This document shows positions 1 through 10,337 of a stretch of 64,000 bases of DNA, in pieces. A model generated the notes under the pieces. The model was not told the origin of the DNA, did no database searches, and worked only from the letters and a program-made list of their open reading frames with translations. The translations under genes and the position numbers were made by a program. The stretch is taken from positions 1-64,000 of the IMG/VR virus record IMGVR_UViG_3300024239_000013; one strand, written 5' to 3'. How positions within the stretch are numbered: the stretch's first letter is position 1; each line of letters starts with the position of its first letter.

Positions 1-61
1 TTCCTGATTTAAATTTTACCCCCTTAACTTTACATCCTTCTAATTCTTTTAAATTTTTCAT
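1..61 (-). CDS. 5' end of a hypothetical protein running off the window (MKNLKELEGCKVKG...)
   Basis: ATG at 61 on minus strand, open to the window edge; TATCTTTA promoter-like box upstream. Confidence 0.5.
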   Translation of the reverse strand, partial: MKNLKELEGCKVKGVKFKSG

Positions 62-325
62 AACTTATATTTTTAATTATATCTAAAGATAAGAACTTTA
101 TTCACATTAGACAACTTTTTTATAACTTTTTCAAGAATTTTTTTTATCTAAACACAGAAGAAGTAAGAGAATGTGGTATTCTCTTACTTCTATTAGGAAA
201 GAATGATCACATCCCTTCTAAGTACTTCCTATAATAAGTTTAGATGAAGTCAGTTTCAGCAAAGGAATAAGCGTTCCTAGACTTAAAAAAACAATCTCTC
301 TATCTTAAGATCTGAAGTAAATCCG

Positions 326-919
326 CTATATAACAAACCTTCTGATCAATTCGGGTATGTATTTAGGATTTATGTATATAGTTATAATACCAAGCAAAAC
401 CCCTAATAAATGAACACCATGAGCAATTCCGTCTTCTGGTTTATTCATTCCTAGAATTTCCCCTAATATAGTTAATGAGAAAACGGAAATTTTCAAAATC
501 CTTAATAAAATTGGTCCATCTTTTGAAAAGAAAAATCTAGACATTAAGAAAAAACAAGTCCCAGATATACCTACGGAGTATCTTGTATACTCCAACAAAC
601 TAACGGGAAGATATGCACAAGACAATATAAAGGTTATCCAAAATAGTTTATTTATGTCATATTTAGAATTTAATTCAGGAAGGGTAAATATAAATATTAA
701 TATTAAATTGTAAAAAAGATGTTCGAACCCAGCATGAATAAATCCACTTGTCACTGGATTTATTATTATGAACATTTCACCAGCTTCTCCAAATATTGCT
801 AGAAAAACCGCTAATGCTAAAAATGATATAGCAGATAAACCAAATACCTGTAGGGTTAATTTTCCAGAGTTTCTAATTTTATGTAGCATCTTATAAATTT
901 TATGTTGCAAATGTATCAA
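326..919 (-). CDS. Rhomboid-family intramembrane serine protease
   Basis: Multiple TM helices; HAGFEHLFYN, catalytic GISG and AHGVHLLG motifs. Confidence 0.85.
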   Translation of the reverse strand: MIHLQHKIYKMLHKIRNSGKLTLQVFGLSAISFLALAVFLAIFGEAGEMFIIINPVTSGFIHAGFEHLFYNLILIFIFTLPELNSKYDINKLFWITFILSCAYLPVSLLEYTRYSVGISGTCFFLMSRFFFSKDGPILLRILKISVFSLTILGEILGMNKPEDGIAHGVHLLGVLLGIITIYINPKYIPELIRRFVI

Positions 920-940
920 TGCACTCCGATATAAAAAAAA

Positions 941-1606
941 TTATTCTAGATTTTTTATCATTTGTCCGATTACTATATTAAATTCACAAATCTTCATAAG
1001 TATTTCTCTTTCTAAATATTTATGTAATTTAAAATTTTTCTCGAGTATCAATGAAAGATAATATTCTCTGGATTCATTGAAGGTGTTCCAGTCCATCTTT
1101 AGAAAAGTATCATACATAACAGATCTTATAGTTCTTATTACCTTATAAGAATCTATGTCATGTGGCCATTTTACCGGTATTTTCGGATTTGGGTGATCAA
1201 CTCTACTGATTTTAAGAAAAAAATCATTTGATATTAAATTAACCCATTCCAAGATACAATCCTCGATAAAATTTTCAATCTCTTTATCACCTTCATAAGT
1301 AAACTTAAAAACCGAGGATGTTCTAAAATCTCTAGAATATTCATATTCAATAAACCTTCCGTCTATTATATCTATAACGTAAGGAAATCCTTCGTCTATA
1401 TAACTTATCGAAAATTCAGGCCAAACTGAATTAATTGAGTCTATAAATTTCCTCATAGGTATATTTGGATTTTCTAGCATTATTTTAAAATGATTATCTT
1501 GAATCTCCTCTATCACGCAAAGTCCCATTCTAAACATTTTTGCATAATTTCCATCTAAAGAAATTAGTTTTTTGTGTGTTTCTAAATCTAAATTAATATG
1601 ATTCAT
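941..1606 (-). CDS. Hypothetical protein
   Basis: 221-aa ORF overlapping the upstream gene by 4 nt in the same operon. Confidence 0.7.
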   Translation of the reverse strand: MNHINLDLETHKKLISLDGNYAKMFRMGLCVIEEIQDNHFKIMLENPNIPMRKFIDSINSVWPEFSISYIDEGFPYVIDIIDGRFIEYEYSRDFRTSSVFKFTYEGDKEIENFIEDCILEWVNLISNDFFLKISRVDHPNPKIPVKWPHDIDSYKVIRTIRSVMYDTFLKMDWNTFNESREYYLSLILEKNFKLHKYLEREILMKICEFNIVIGQMIKNLE

Positions 1607-1854
1607 AGTCTTTCTAACATAAAGTCAATAAACCCGATCTTTTGAGATTCTGAATTTATTGGATATTGATATTTTAGTGTTGTTATATTCCCTTCATTGA
1701 TTATAGATACATCAGAATCGATACCTATTCCATCTGACCAATCTAATTTACTTTTTTCTAATATTTCCAATTCTTCCAAAGTTGGATTCTTTATTGAAAA
1801 ATCATTTATTATAAATTCATCTTTTTTATAAATAGAATATATAACTACCCCCAT
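1603..1854 (-). CDS. Hypothetical protein
   Basis: 83-aa ORF with short overlaps on both sides. Confidence 0.6.
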   Translation of the reverse strand: MGVVIYSIYKKDEFIINDFSIKNPTLEELEILEKSKLDWSDGIGIDSDVSIINEGNITTLKYQYPINSESQKIGFIDFMLERL

Positions 1855-3614
1855 TTTAAATAACTTTTAATTTCATTTTTCATTTGTTTGTATAACAGGT
1901 CTCCTTCCTCATAAACCTCTATTTTATAAACGTCATCTGATACTGGTACATATGCCCACGATCCAATAGAGTTTAATGTGTGATTTACATAGTAATCTGA
2001 ACCATCATCATTTATTAATCTGATACTTCTCTCTCTTTTTTCATTTGTAAAATTCTGAGAATATAGAACAATTCCAAGATTTTGGTCGTCTGCTGAAATC
2101 TTTTTATATAACTCCGATATGCATCCATTATATTTGGGTGGAAGGTTGCTGTTAGAAGTTTCCGTATTCCATACAGTGTCTTTGAAATCTATATCGATAT
2201 CAACAGCCCCATCCCTTTCCATCAATTCACCAGGAAGAGAATTTCTTCTTAGGTTTTCGTATATGTATTTTTCAGCAATTATAAAATTAAGATTACTGTG
2301 GCGTATTAGTAGATATTTTATATAATCTGATTCGTTCTCTATTTTCTCTATTTTATTTTGGAAATATTCAATGTCACAAAAGAAATAATGAAATGATATA
2401 TTCTTCTCTGGTTCATTTTCATTAAAATAGAAAATACCATTTTTATTTTCCAACAAGCACTGAGTTTCTAGAACGTCCATGTTCTCTAGTGTATGCTTTC
2501 CGAAAATATCGTCACATTCAAGTCTTCTGAAATGTGTATATCCCATCATTTTAGCAAATCTTGTAGCATTAAATAGATTAATTAAAACCGATAGTCCATG
2601 TCTCTGTAAACCTGGATTTATATTATGTGCAACGAACTCACCGCAACTAGTGAAAAAGTCAACTTCTTCAATATTGGTATATTCTTTTTCGAATAGCTGA
2701 TTTCTATTATCATAGATATAAAAATTACATCTTTCTATAATAGTTTTGTCAGCAGGTGTATTAGATATTAGTAGTATATCATTACCTCTTTCTCTTAATC
2801 TGTCTATTAAATCGCTTAATTTGGATTCGATTTTTTGATTCCTGATGAAACAGTCTATTATGACTATTTTTTTCGTTTTTTTCATTTCATAAACTTTATC
2901 CATGATAATCTTTCTTGACAATATATTAATTCTTTCTTTCTCTTCTTCTTTTACTGCAGAAAATACTCCAGATTCTGCTATTCTATAAGCACCGGTATAA
3001 TCTTTGTCACATTTTATTTTACCAAGAAGGGAATATTCAAAATTAATAAACCAATCAAGGTATGGTGTTGATGCCATCCATGGTTTTATTATACCTTTTA
3101 CATTTCTCATCAACCTTCCAAATCCAACAAAATTAAATCTTATCAAATGTCGAGTTTCTAAATCTTCATGGATTGGGAAACCCCTCCACATTCCATCTTC
3201 TGGGATATTTCCATTCTGATCAATTTTTATGTTCCCCGTAGAATGCATAACATAATCGGGATTCTTCTCCAGAAAATCAACTTGTTTTTGAGTTTTATGT
3301 TCATCTGTTAGATAATCATCACCGTCAAGATATGAAATATATTTACCTGATGCTTGATCAAAAAGAAATTTGATATTTTCATACCCTCCTATATTTATAT
3401 TTCTTTCGAATATCTTTATTCTAGGATCGTCTCCATATTTTTTATTTAATATTTCTATAGTCCCATCTTGAGAAAAATCATCACTTATTAATATTTCAAT
3501 TTCAAAATTTACTTTTTGGTTGAGTATTGAATCTACGCATTCCTCAATATATTTAGAAAATTTGTAGGTAGGTACTAGAAAACTTACCGTTATTTCATCA
3601 GAAGAATCTATCAT
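1845..3614 (-). CDS. Family 2 glycosyltransferase with a long C-terminal domain of unknown function
   Basis: VSFLVPTY, SDDFSQDGT and YLDGDDY (DxD) GT-A motifs in the N-terminal ~240 aa. Confidence 0.88.
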   Translation of the reverse strand: MIDSSDEITVSFLVPTYKFSKYIEECVDSILNQKVNFEIEILISDDFSQDGTIEILNKKYGDDPRIKIFERNINIGGYENIKFLFDQASGKYISYLDGDDYLTDEHKTQKQVDFLEKNPDYVMHSTGNIKIDQNGNIPEDGMWRGFPIHEDLETRHLIRFNFVGFGRLMRNVKGIIKPWMASTPYLDWFINFEYSLLGKIKCDKDYTGAYRIAESGVFSAVKEEEKERINILSRKIIMDKVYEMKKTKKIVIIDCFIRNQKIESKLSDLIDRLRERGNDILLISNTPADKTIIERCNFYIYDNRNQLFEKEYTNIEEVDFFTSCGEFVAHNINPGLQRHGLSVLINLFNATRFAKMMGYTHFRRLECDDIFGKHTLENMDVLETQCLLENKNGIFYFNENEPEKNISFHYFFCDIEYFQNKIEKIENESDYIKYLLIRHSNLNFIIAEKYIYENLRRNSLPGELMERDGAVDIDIDFKDTVWNTETSNSNLPPKYNGCISELYKKISADDQNLGIVLYSQNFTNEKRERSIRLINDDGSDYYVNHTLNSIGSWAYVPVSDDVYKIEVYEEGDLLYKQMKNEIKSYLKWG

Positions 3615-3618
3615 TATT

Positions 3619-4209
3619 CTATCTTATTTTTTTTGCAGGAATTCCAATATAAGTTCCTGCTGTTTCTATATCTTTAACTACGCCAGCGTTAAGTCCTATC
3701 TTAGATAAACTATGTATAGTAGTCTTTTGTTTTATCGAAGCATTTGTACCTATATACACACAATCATATATTTTGCAATTACCAGAAATGTTTACACCAG
3801 GAGCTGTTGTAAAGTAATTGCCTATTTCACAATCGTGACCTATTGTTGTGTTAAGATTGATATGAGCATGAGATCCTATTTTAATGTTAGTGGTTAATAT
3901 AGATCCTGCACATATAATGCTACCCTCGCCTATTTCAATATCATTTCCTAAAAGCAAAGCTGAAGGATGTATAAATGTGAAATACTTAGTATTTTTTGGT
4001 AGTTTTTGTACTATGTCATATCTATGTCCCGGATCTCCTACTGCAACAAGAGCTTCATACTTTGTAGGATCAAACTTAGAAATGTGGTATATGTGTTCAG
4101 TATTTTCAGAATAATATTCATCATCTACGAAACACTTCATATTATAATCTTTCATGTGAGCTTTAATTTCTCTTGCAAACCCGCCTGCTCCTATTAGTAC
4201 TTTTTCCAT
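3619..4209 (-). CDS. NeuD/PglD-like hexapeptide sugar acetyltransferase
   Basis: IGAGGFARE N-terminus, AVGDP, hexapeptide repeats, IGHDC, terminal GIPAK. Confidence 0.9.
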   Translation of the reverse strand: MEKVLIGAGGFAREIKAHMKDYNMKCFVDDEYYSENTEHIYHISKFDPTKYEALVAVGDPGHRYDIVQKLPKNTKYFTFIHPSALLLGNDIEIGEGSIICAGSILTTNIKIGSHAHINLNTTIGHDCEIGNYFTTAPGVNISGNCKIYDCVYIGTNASIKQKTTIHSLSKIGLNAGVVKDIETAGTYIGIPAKKIR

Positions 4210-4847
4210 TATATATTAGCTTTAGTATAGATTTCAAATTTAGATAGATCTGGATAAGGAAGTTCTAAATCTTCATTATGTTTCTTACTTCCATCCACAT
4301 TATAGAATTGACCCATCAATAACAGGCCTCTTGCAGCCAATTCTGGCATCATATAAAAATTCCAGCCTAGCATATCAAAATGATCGTCATGATAAGAACA
4401 CTCTCTTCTTCCACTATATCTAGCTCTTCTGAACCAAAGATATGCTTCGTAATTATCAGTCAGTATTGCTCCTCCTTTACTTAGTTTAAAATGTTTATAT
4501 GGTCCAGTGAAAGAAACGCACATGTGGGTTCCTGGAATATACATGTCTGTAGTGAATCTTAGTGCAGAATCCCAAACATTTGTCGGATAGAGCTGGTATG
4601 CACCCTTTAGTGTTTTCCCCTCTACTGGAAAGAAATCAACTTTAGCTCCTGCATGTATAATTTCACAAGGGACCGAAGGATATGTTCTTGCTGGAATAGT
4701 TATAGTTTTGCCTGCTACTTTCTCGTACATTAAAGCAAGAAATAGAGCATTACTTTGATTATCAACAGTAACAACATACGGAGCTCCTGTATAGTCGCTA
4801 ATTGATTTTTCGAATTCGTCGGTTATCCTGTAAACACCTGTAGCCAT
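4209..4847 (-). CDS. DegT/DnrJ/EryC1/StrS-family PLP aminotransferase (short form)
   Basis: FE..I..Y.GA, ALFLAL, IPARTY, DSA, SFTGPYK (PLP lysine), GGAILT, GWNFYM. Confidence 0.85.
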   Translation of the reverse strand: MATGVYRITDEFEKSISDYTGAPYVVTVDNQSNALFLALMYEKVAGKTITIPARTYPSVPCEIIHAGAKVDFFPVEGKTLKGAYQLYPTNVWDSALRFTTDMYIPGTHMCVSFTGPYKHFKLSKGGAILTDNYEAYLWFRRARYSGRRECSYHDDHFDMLGWNFYMMPELAARGLLLMGQFYNVDGSKKHNEDLELPYPDLSKFEIYTKANI

Positions 4848-4872
4848 ATAATAAATTTTTTCCTAATTTATT

Positions 4873-4902
4873 ATTTTAGATTCGATTACAGCTTTTATTT
4901 CG
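4873..4902 (-). promoter_or_regulatory. Class II promoter candidate YGAAAY-N18-TA(T/A)AAT (also 9262-9292 -, 34051-34080 -, 49784-49813 +, 61901-61930 +)
   Basis: Same bipartite motif with an 18-19 nt spacer about 20-30 nt upstream of five start codons. Confidence 0.65.
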
Positions 4903-4911
4903 AGATAGAGT

Positions 4912-5133
4912 TTATTTATTTATAGCTCCTTTTTGGTTGAACATGTTATAGTTAACGGTAATTTTTTTACCTCTCTCGTCAATTAATATTAAGACGTCCC
5001 CGGTTTCTGTTACTTTATAATCAATTCCCATATATTTAACACTCTGTCCAGGTTTAAGGGATTTGAAATCTTCTACAGAGATCTTTTCACCGTATTTTTT
5101 GATAAATCCTTCAAATAATTCTAGGTTCTTCAT
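4912..5133 (-). CDS. Small hypothetical protein with CTS-like N-terminus (MKNLELFEGF)
   Basis: Start re-called at 5133, which removes the overlap and exposes the shared N-terminal motif. Confidence 0.7.
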   Translation of the reverse strand: MKNLELFEGFIKKYGEKISVEDFKSLKPGQSVKYMGIDYKVTETGDVLILIDERGKKITVNYNMFNQKGAINK

Positions 5134-5150
5134 AGTTGGTTTAATATTAA

Positions 5151-5378
5151 TTAACAAAATTCTTTTTTTGCTTCCCAAAAATCCTCAGCAGATAGCTTCC
5201 ATCCTTTTTTCTTAGATGCCACGTAAGCCTGTGCATCTTTTAGATTTGGATTGCAGTCATCTTTCTTACATTTTTCAAAGTATGATTTGAGGTCACCGTA
5301 CACTGCTTGACTGATCCCAGTCTTTTCTTGTATTTTGCTTTCGTTAATAAAAGAACTAAATGATTTTATATTTTCCAT
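5151..5378 (-). CDS. Small hypothetical protein with CTS-like N-terminus (MENIKSFSSFINES)
   Basis: Shared N-terminal motif; GATATATA box at 5404-5411. Confidence 0.8.
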   Translation of the reverse strand: MENIKSFSSFINESKIQEKTGISQAVYGDLKSYFEKCKKDDCNPNLKDAQAYVASKKKGWKLSAEDFWEAKKEFC

Positions 5379-5402
5379 AAGGATTCTTTATTTTTTATCT
5401 TT

Positions 5403-5690
5403 CTATATATCCTCATTCATTTCAATTATAAGCTGGAGATCACCGGTTCCTTTTATAATTCTGTGCCAAATCCCCTTTGGAATCTTTATCCTAGTATTTA
5501 TTGGAATTGGTAACTCATTATCCATTTGAAACATCCAATCGGTTTTGTGAACAGGATGTATTGTTCTATTTTCATCGTCCCAGTGCCATTTAAACTCTTC
5601 GTCTCCTGTGGTTTCTCTAAATGTACGAACAACTATCTTATTTGAAGAAGTTGTTAAAACAACTTCTTCAAAAGGAAATTCTTCTACCAT
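5403..5690 (-). CDS. Small cupin-like protein
   Basis: WHWD.E and IPKGIWHRIIKG cupin-like metal motifs. Confidence 0.65.
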   Translation of the reverse strand: MVEEFPFEEVVLTTSSNKIVVRTFRETTGDEEFKWHWDDENRTIHPVHKTDWMFQMDNELPIPINTRIKIPKGIWHRIIKGTGDLQLIIEMNEDI

Positions 5691-6265
5691 GGTCTGCTTG
5701 ATTTAATACCTAAAAGTTTTCTATATCTTGCTACATTGCAAGCCCACCATCTAGGTTTCCATCTAGGTCCTGGATTATCACATCTCATTCTTTTCTGGAA
5801 AGATCTTGCCTTTTCTGGATCGTCGTTATTCACTCTCATACCGGGTTGGCCGAATCCGACCTTAATAACATTACCCTTATCGTTCTTGGTATAAACTGCA
5901 AATTTTCTAGGACCTCCTGGTGTTCTGAATGGTTTATTTAAATTGACATTCTTTCCTCTATATTCAGCTTCGTCGACATCGCCTTCGTAGAATGGCACAT
6001 CCAAAAGAACTCTTTCCCCTTCATATTCCCCGGTTCTCCCCGCATCAGTGGAGACTAGAAAAAGATCGTCTTCGTTAAGATCTATAATGTTTCTCTCCCA
6101 AAGATCTCTAGCTTCGTTAACGATATCTAGCCATGCTTCAGATTCTATTCTATATACGCTCTCCATCAGAGGTAGTTCCCTGTCTATATGATATCGCAAA
6201 CCTTCACTAATTGATGGTTCTTTTTCTTCATAGTGAAGAGATTCGAAATTCTTGATGTATTTCAT
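5684..6265 (-). CDS. Conserved phage protein, CTS-like N-terminus, basic C-terminal domain
   Basis: MKYIKNFES start; KFAVY..KVGFG..RSF..R..C..WWAC domain recalled from phage proteins; GATATATA at 6330-6337. Confidence 0.75.
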   Translation of the reverse strand: MKYIKNFESLHYEEKEPSISEGLRYHIDRELPLMESVYRIESEAWLDIVNEARDLWERNIIDLNEDDLFLVSTDAGRTGEYEGERVLLDVPFYEGDVDEAEYRGKNVNLNKPFRTPGGPRKFAVYTKNDKGNVIKVGFGQPGMRVNNDDPEKARSFQKRMRCDNPGPRWKPRWWACNVARYRKLLGIKSSRPW

Positions 6266-6587
6266 ATGATTTTTTTAAGTTGTCTTATTTATATTTATAT
6301 TAAAATATTGAATGGTGTTATTAGTATTTTATATATCAGAATATTCAGGGGTTTAATTTTTTCTCCCGTATTTTTGGTTTAATTTTGCTCCTGTAATTCT
6401 AAATGAAAAACAAGAAAAGAAGCTATATGATTATCATTTCTATCATTTTATTTAAGTTGGTTTCAACCAGGTTAAAGAACCGAACAAAAAGATTGGGTAC
6501 CTGAAACTATAACCAGATTCACCAATATAGATAGGAGTTAATTTATAAAGTTTCAAAAAAAAAGAGATTATAATGGCATTGAATAGA

Positions 6588-7490
6588 ATGAGACAATTTA
6601 AGATTTCGGATAGATTGACACCGAGATCAACCAAATCAGCTTCAGCTTATTTAACAGAGGTTGAAAGAACATATCCACTTACATTGGACGAAGAAGTTGA
6701 ATTTGGAACCAAAGCAATGAACGGCGACATAGAAGCCAGGGATAAACTAGTAAAGGCAAATCTTAGATTCGTATTATCGGTTGCTAAGATGTACACTAAA
6801 AATCCGGAAGATTATCCAGATTTGATATCTGCAGGAAACATCGGTCTTATAGAAGCTGCCAGCAGATTCGATCCGACTAAAGGATTTAAATTTATTTCAT
6901 ATGCGGTTTGGCATATTAGAAAAGAGATACTAGAACATCTTGGAAACAATAGCAGAATCGTTCGGCTTCCACTGACTCAGGTAAACGTCATTAGAAAAAT
7001 GGTAGATGTTACCAATAAGCTTTCGACTGAACTTGGACGCGAACCAACATTCGAAGAGGCTTTAGAAGCACTTAGAAATTCTGATTCTAGACTGAAAGGA
7101 TTAAAAGCTTCAAGCTTCAAGAGTGCGATGGCAGCTGACATCAGACCGGCATCATTTAACGCACCAGTCACAGAGAACTCCAAAGAAACCCTGCTGGATG
7201 TATTCGATTTCGGATCAATTTCACCTACAACAGATCTTTATAATAGGGAAAAGAGAAAGGTGATATTGGATCTTGTAACAGACCTACCACCAACTTACAA
7301 AGAAATTGTTATGAGAAGACATGGTATTCCAGGGTACTCTGAGGAAGAGGAAACCTTTCAGGAAATAGCTAAGAACGTAGGGGTTTCTCTAGAAACTGTG
7401 AGAAGCCGATATGCTAAAGCGATGAGGATCCTTAGAAGAAGAGCAGCTAATAACAGGAAAGAACTTTATGAGGATGTCATATTAAAATAG
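6588..7490 (+). CDS. rpoD: Phage-encoded sigma-70 factor of the short Bacteroidota RpoD type
   Basis: MRQFKI start like Bacteroidota MRQLKI; ANLRFVLSVAK, GNIGLIEAA.RFD..KGFKFISYAVW, RIVRLP, region-4 HTH; no region 1.1. Confidence 0.9.
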   Translation: MRQFKISDRLTPRSTKSASAYLTEVERTYPLTLDEEVEFGTKAMNGDIEARDKLVKANLRFVLSVAKMYTKNPEDYPDLISAGNIGLIEAASRFDPTKGFKFISYAVWHIRKEILEHLGNNSRIVRLPLTQVNVIRKMVDVTNKLSTELGREPTFEEALEALRNSDSRLKGLKASSFKSAMAADIRPASFNAPVTENSKETLLDVFDFGSISPTTDLYNREKRKVILDLVTDLPPTYKEIVMRRHGIPGYSEEEETFQEIAKNVGVSLETVRSRYAKAMRILRRRAANNRKELYEDVILK

Positions 7491-7537
7491 TTGGTTAAAG
7501 TAAAATAATTTTAAAAAAGGATGCACTCTCCTTATTT

Positions 7538-7577
7538 AAAACGCCAGACTTCTAAATTCATAGTCTGGCGTTTTTTA
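7538..7577. terminator. Bidirectional intrinsic terminator between convergent genes
   Basis: AAAACGCCAGACT...AGTCTGGCGTTTTTT hairpin. Confidence 0.8.
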
Positions 7578-7597
7578 TTATTCATAAATCTATTTTT

Positions 7598-8233
7598 TTA
7601 TCTGTGATCTAGACCTCTCAATTTACTTAATCCTTTTAAAACAACCGGATTGATGCTTAATTTTTGAATAATTGCATTTGCCTTCTCTTGATTCTCTCTC
7701 GCATAGTCAATTATTCTGCTAACGTTGTTAGAAACTGTGATCTCTCCAACACCAACAACATCTTCATTAACATTTTTTCTGTCCATCATAATAGATTTTG
7801 CATTAGAGAAATGCTTCTCAATTTCGCTGGTAATATAATAGGGATTAACATCGGAGACACTTACAAAAGTTTCTGAATGAGTCGAAGGAGTAAATCCAGT
7901 CCAATAATCAATATCAATCGAAAGATCATGTGATGCCATATTTTTAAATTTGGAATTAATGTTCTCTATGTAGCAGAAGTCATCTAGATCTCTTATTTTT
8001 CTTTCATCGAATCCTATATCTTTAGCAATATATTTAACCGCATCCCTTATATCGTAACAAATGCATATATGATAAGCTTGAAATTGACAGTCATCATATT
8101 CGTCATTATATTTAACATCGGTTCTGATCACAAGACCCATCATTTGTTTTTTTGTGCTTGATTCGTTTATGCTTCTGATGTATTTCACTGTGGGTGTTAT
8201 TTTATTTTTTAATTTTGTCTGGAATTCATTCAT
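7598..8233 (-). CDS. Hypothetical protein (KYIRSINES motif near the N-terminus)
   Basis: 211-aa ORF; AATATATA box just upstream. Confidence 0.75.
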   Translation of the reverse strand: MNEFQTKLKNKITPTVKYIRSINESSTKKQMMGLVIRTDVKYNDEYDDCQFQAYHICICYDIRDAVKYIAKDIGFDERKIRDLDDFCYIENINSKFKNMASHDLSIDIDYWTGFTPSTHSETFVSVSDVNPYYITSEIEKHFSNAKSIMMDRKNVNEDVVGVGEITVSNNVSRIIDYARENQEKANAIIQKLSINPVVLKGLSKLRGLDHR

Positions 8234-8847
8234 TCAAATCTATATATTTATACAAGTACATTAATTAAAAAAAACTGATCACTGAGAGATGTACGTTTCA
8301 ATTGCATTGTCATCTCTTTGATTCTCTCCTAGATTTTTCTTAGATGTAAAGCGCGGTCGGGCCCCCCTGAAATCCCTCTGCATCCCCGGGGCCGGCCACA
8401 AGAATCTTTTTTAAAAAAGTTTCGAATTTTTTGAAGTGCTAGATGATCTTAGATAAGATGATAAAGTAGTGAAGTGTGTTAATAGTGAGTAATGAACTGA
8501 TGTCTGGCTATATATGATCGTTTGGGATTGTCAGTGATGATGCTCTTAGATAAAAGTGAACGCAACATAAGTTCTTTTAAAAACTGATGTCTACAGATAC
8601 AATATGCTTTATTAATATTCTTTAATTGACATATATGAGTCGTGCTAGATAGGTGCACAGAGATCTTATATTATATTTTTTTCATTATAACACACGTAGA
8701 CAACCCAAATAAAAACACAGATCTAAACTCCTTATTGAGATCTGTGTTTAGTAAAATACCAACTTTTAAGTGGGCCTGTGTGAGTACACAGAGAGGTTTG
8801 GATGTCTTGGAAGTCTGAGAGACGGAAAATCTAATCTTATTATCATT

Positions 8848-9240
8848 TTAACCTATAATGGGTTCTTCTATACCCAAGTAGCCTAGCAAGGCAGAGACTA
8901 TGGCAGAGGGTGAATTGTTATAGATGGCAGTGAGCATGGGATCACTTGACTCAGCTCCCTCGTTGTTCATTAGACACACTTCCACGTAGCTGTTGTTGAC
9001 CATGGAAGCTAAGATGGTATAGACACTACCGGAATTCGTTTTAAATCTGATCTCGTTATCTACGTTTTCAAGAGACTGAATAGAAGGGATTTTGTTAAAG
9101 ACTACCCATATGGTGTCCATTACAAGATACCAGTCCTCCCAGATTTCTCTGGACACCCCGATTTGCTTTAGCTCGCTGTCTGTTATATAGTTCTTAGATT
9201 CTGGAATCTCGCTGCTTGTTTTGCTTTTCTTCTTACTCAT
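8848..9240 (-). CDS. Hypothetical protein, GC-richer than average
   Basis: 130-aa ORF preceded by a class II promoter (9262-9292). Confidence 0.75.
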   Translation of the reverse strand: MSKKKSKTSSEIPESKNYITDSELKQIGVSREIWEDWYLVMDTIWVVFNKIPSIQSLENVDNEIRFKTNSGSVYTILASMVNNSYVEVCLMNNEGAESSDPMLTAIYNNSPSAIVSALLGYLGIEEPIIG

Positions 9241-9467
9241 ATGCTTTAGAAATTTTATGATGTTATAGATACCTGGAGTGGGTTGTGTTTCGGGTTGCCT
9301 TTGATGACTAGGATATTTTAAAGACCAGGACTGGACTTAGAATGATCTTTAATAGAGTAGAGTAGAGTAGAGTAGTAGGGTGGGATTGCACTTTGTCTTG
9401 ACTCTGTGTTGTGTCTGTTATTAATTCGGCCGGGTTCTTCATCAGAATTTCCTTATTGACCACCGAA

Positions 9468-9523
9468 GGTTCTTTATAGATGGTTCTTTATAGATGGTTC
9501 TTTATAGATGGTTCTTTATAGAT
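9468..9523. repeat. Four perfect 14-bp tandem repeats GGTTCTTTATAGAT (iteron-like)
   Basis: Read directly; follows a (TAGAG)n tract near 9352-9376 and precedes a C-run-rich GC island at 9524-9765. Confidence 0.95.
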
Positions 9524-10337
9524 CCCCCGGCGCTTAAGCGGTTGGACTCCCGAGGTTATTCCCTGTATACGAGGCCCCCTTAAAAAGACCCGTCTGAGGG
9601 ACCCCTAATATGTCCTTTTTGTCTCCTCCACTAAATATGGGACCCCTGCTTAGCGTATATGTCCCCTACATATACCTCCTATACGAGGGGGCTTCATACC
9701 CCCTATTAGAGGACCCCAATTTTACCCCCCTCCACATATTTGGAGGGCCCCGTTTTTCCGGGGAGATAGAGAAGTATTCAGATCTGTTTTTTATTTTTCG
9801 AAACAGGGTTTACACCTCGGAAAGTATCATATACCCTTACATTGAATCAATGTTATCTTTGTTATCTTAATGTTATCACCTCGGAAACCATCTGTACTCT
9901 AAATGCATAAGCATAGATGCTGAAGCAATGATGACACCTCGGAATGTTTATATAAAGGGGTCGTTACTTAGATGTTGAAGCAATGTTATCACCTCGGAAC
10001 CCTTTCTTTGACAGCATGCTGCATCATATATGACATCAGCAACACCGTCGACCGAGGTGTAATCCTTAGACTAGATGCAAAAGTTTCTTTTATTACCTCT
10101 CACAGATTTAGTCTGTTGCTTACAGAAAAATTCCTTAAGGTACATCAGTTATGACATCGTCACCACCGTCGACCTCGTCGACCGAGGTGTAATCTATAGA
10201 CTAGGTGAAAGATTCTTTCACTCATCTTTAGCTACTTACACAAAAATCCCACCGAGAGCATTGTGCATCAGGGTGGGGATTTCTGGTTGGATAATAATTT
10301 ATTATCCGGTATGTCAAGATTAAAAAGTCCTTTGTGC

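Noticed and set aside
9610-10323. Plus-strand ORFs 9610-9870, 9972-10154, 10075-10323 (also 13158-13364, 19158-19394, 21773-21976)
   Set aside because: They overlap repeat/palindrome spacers, lack the promoter classes seen here, and have non-protein-like composition.
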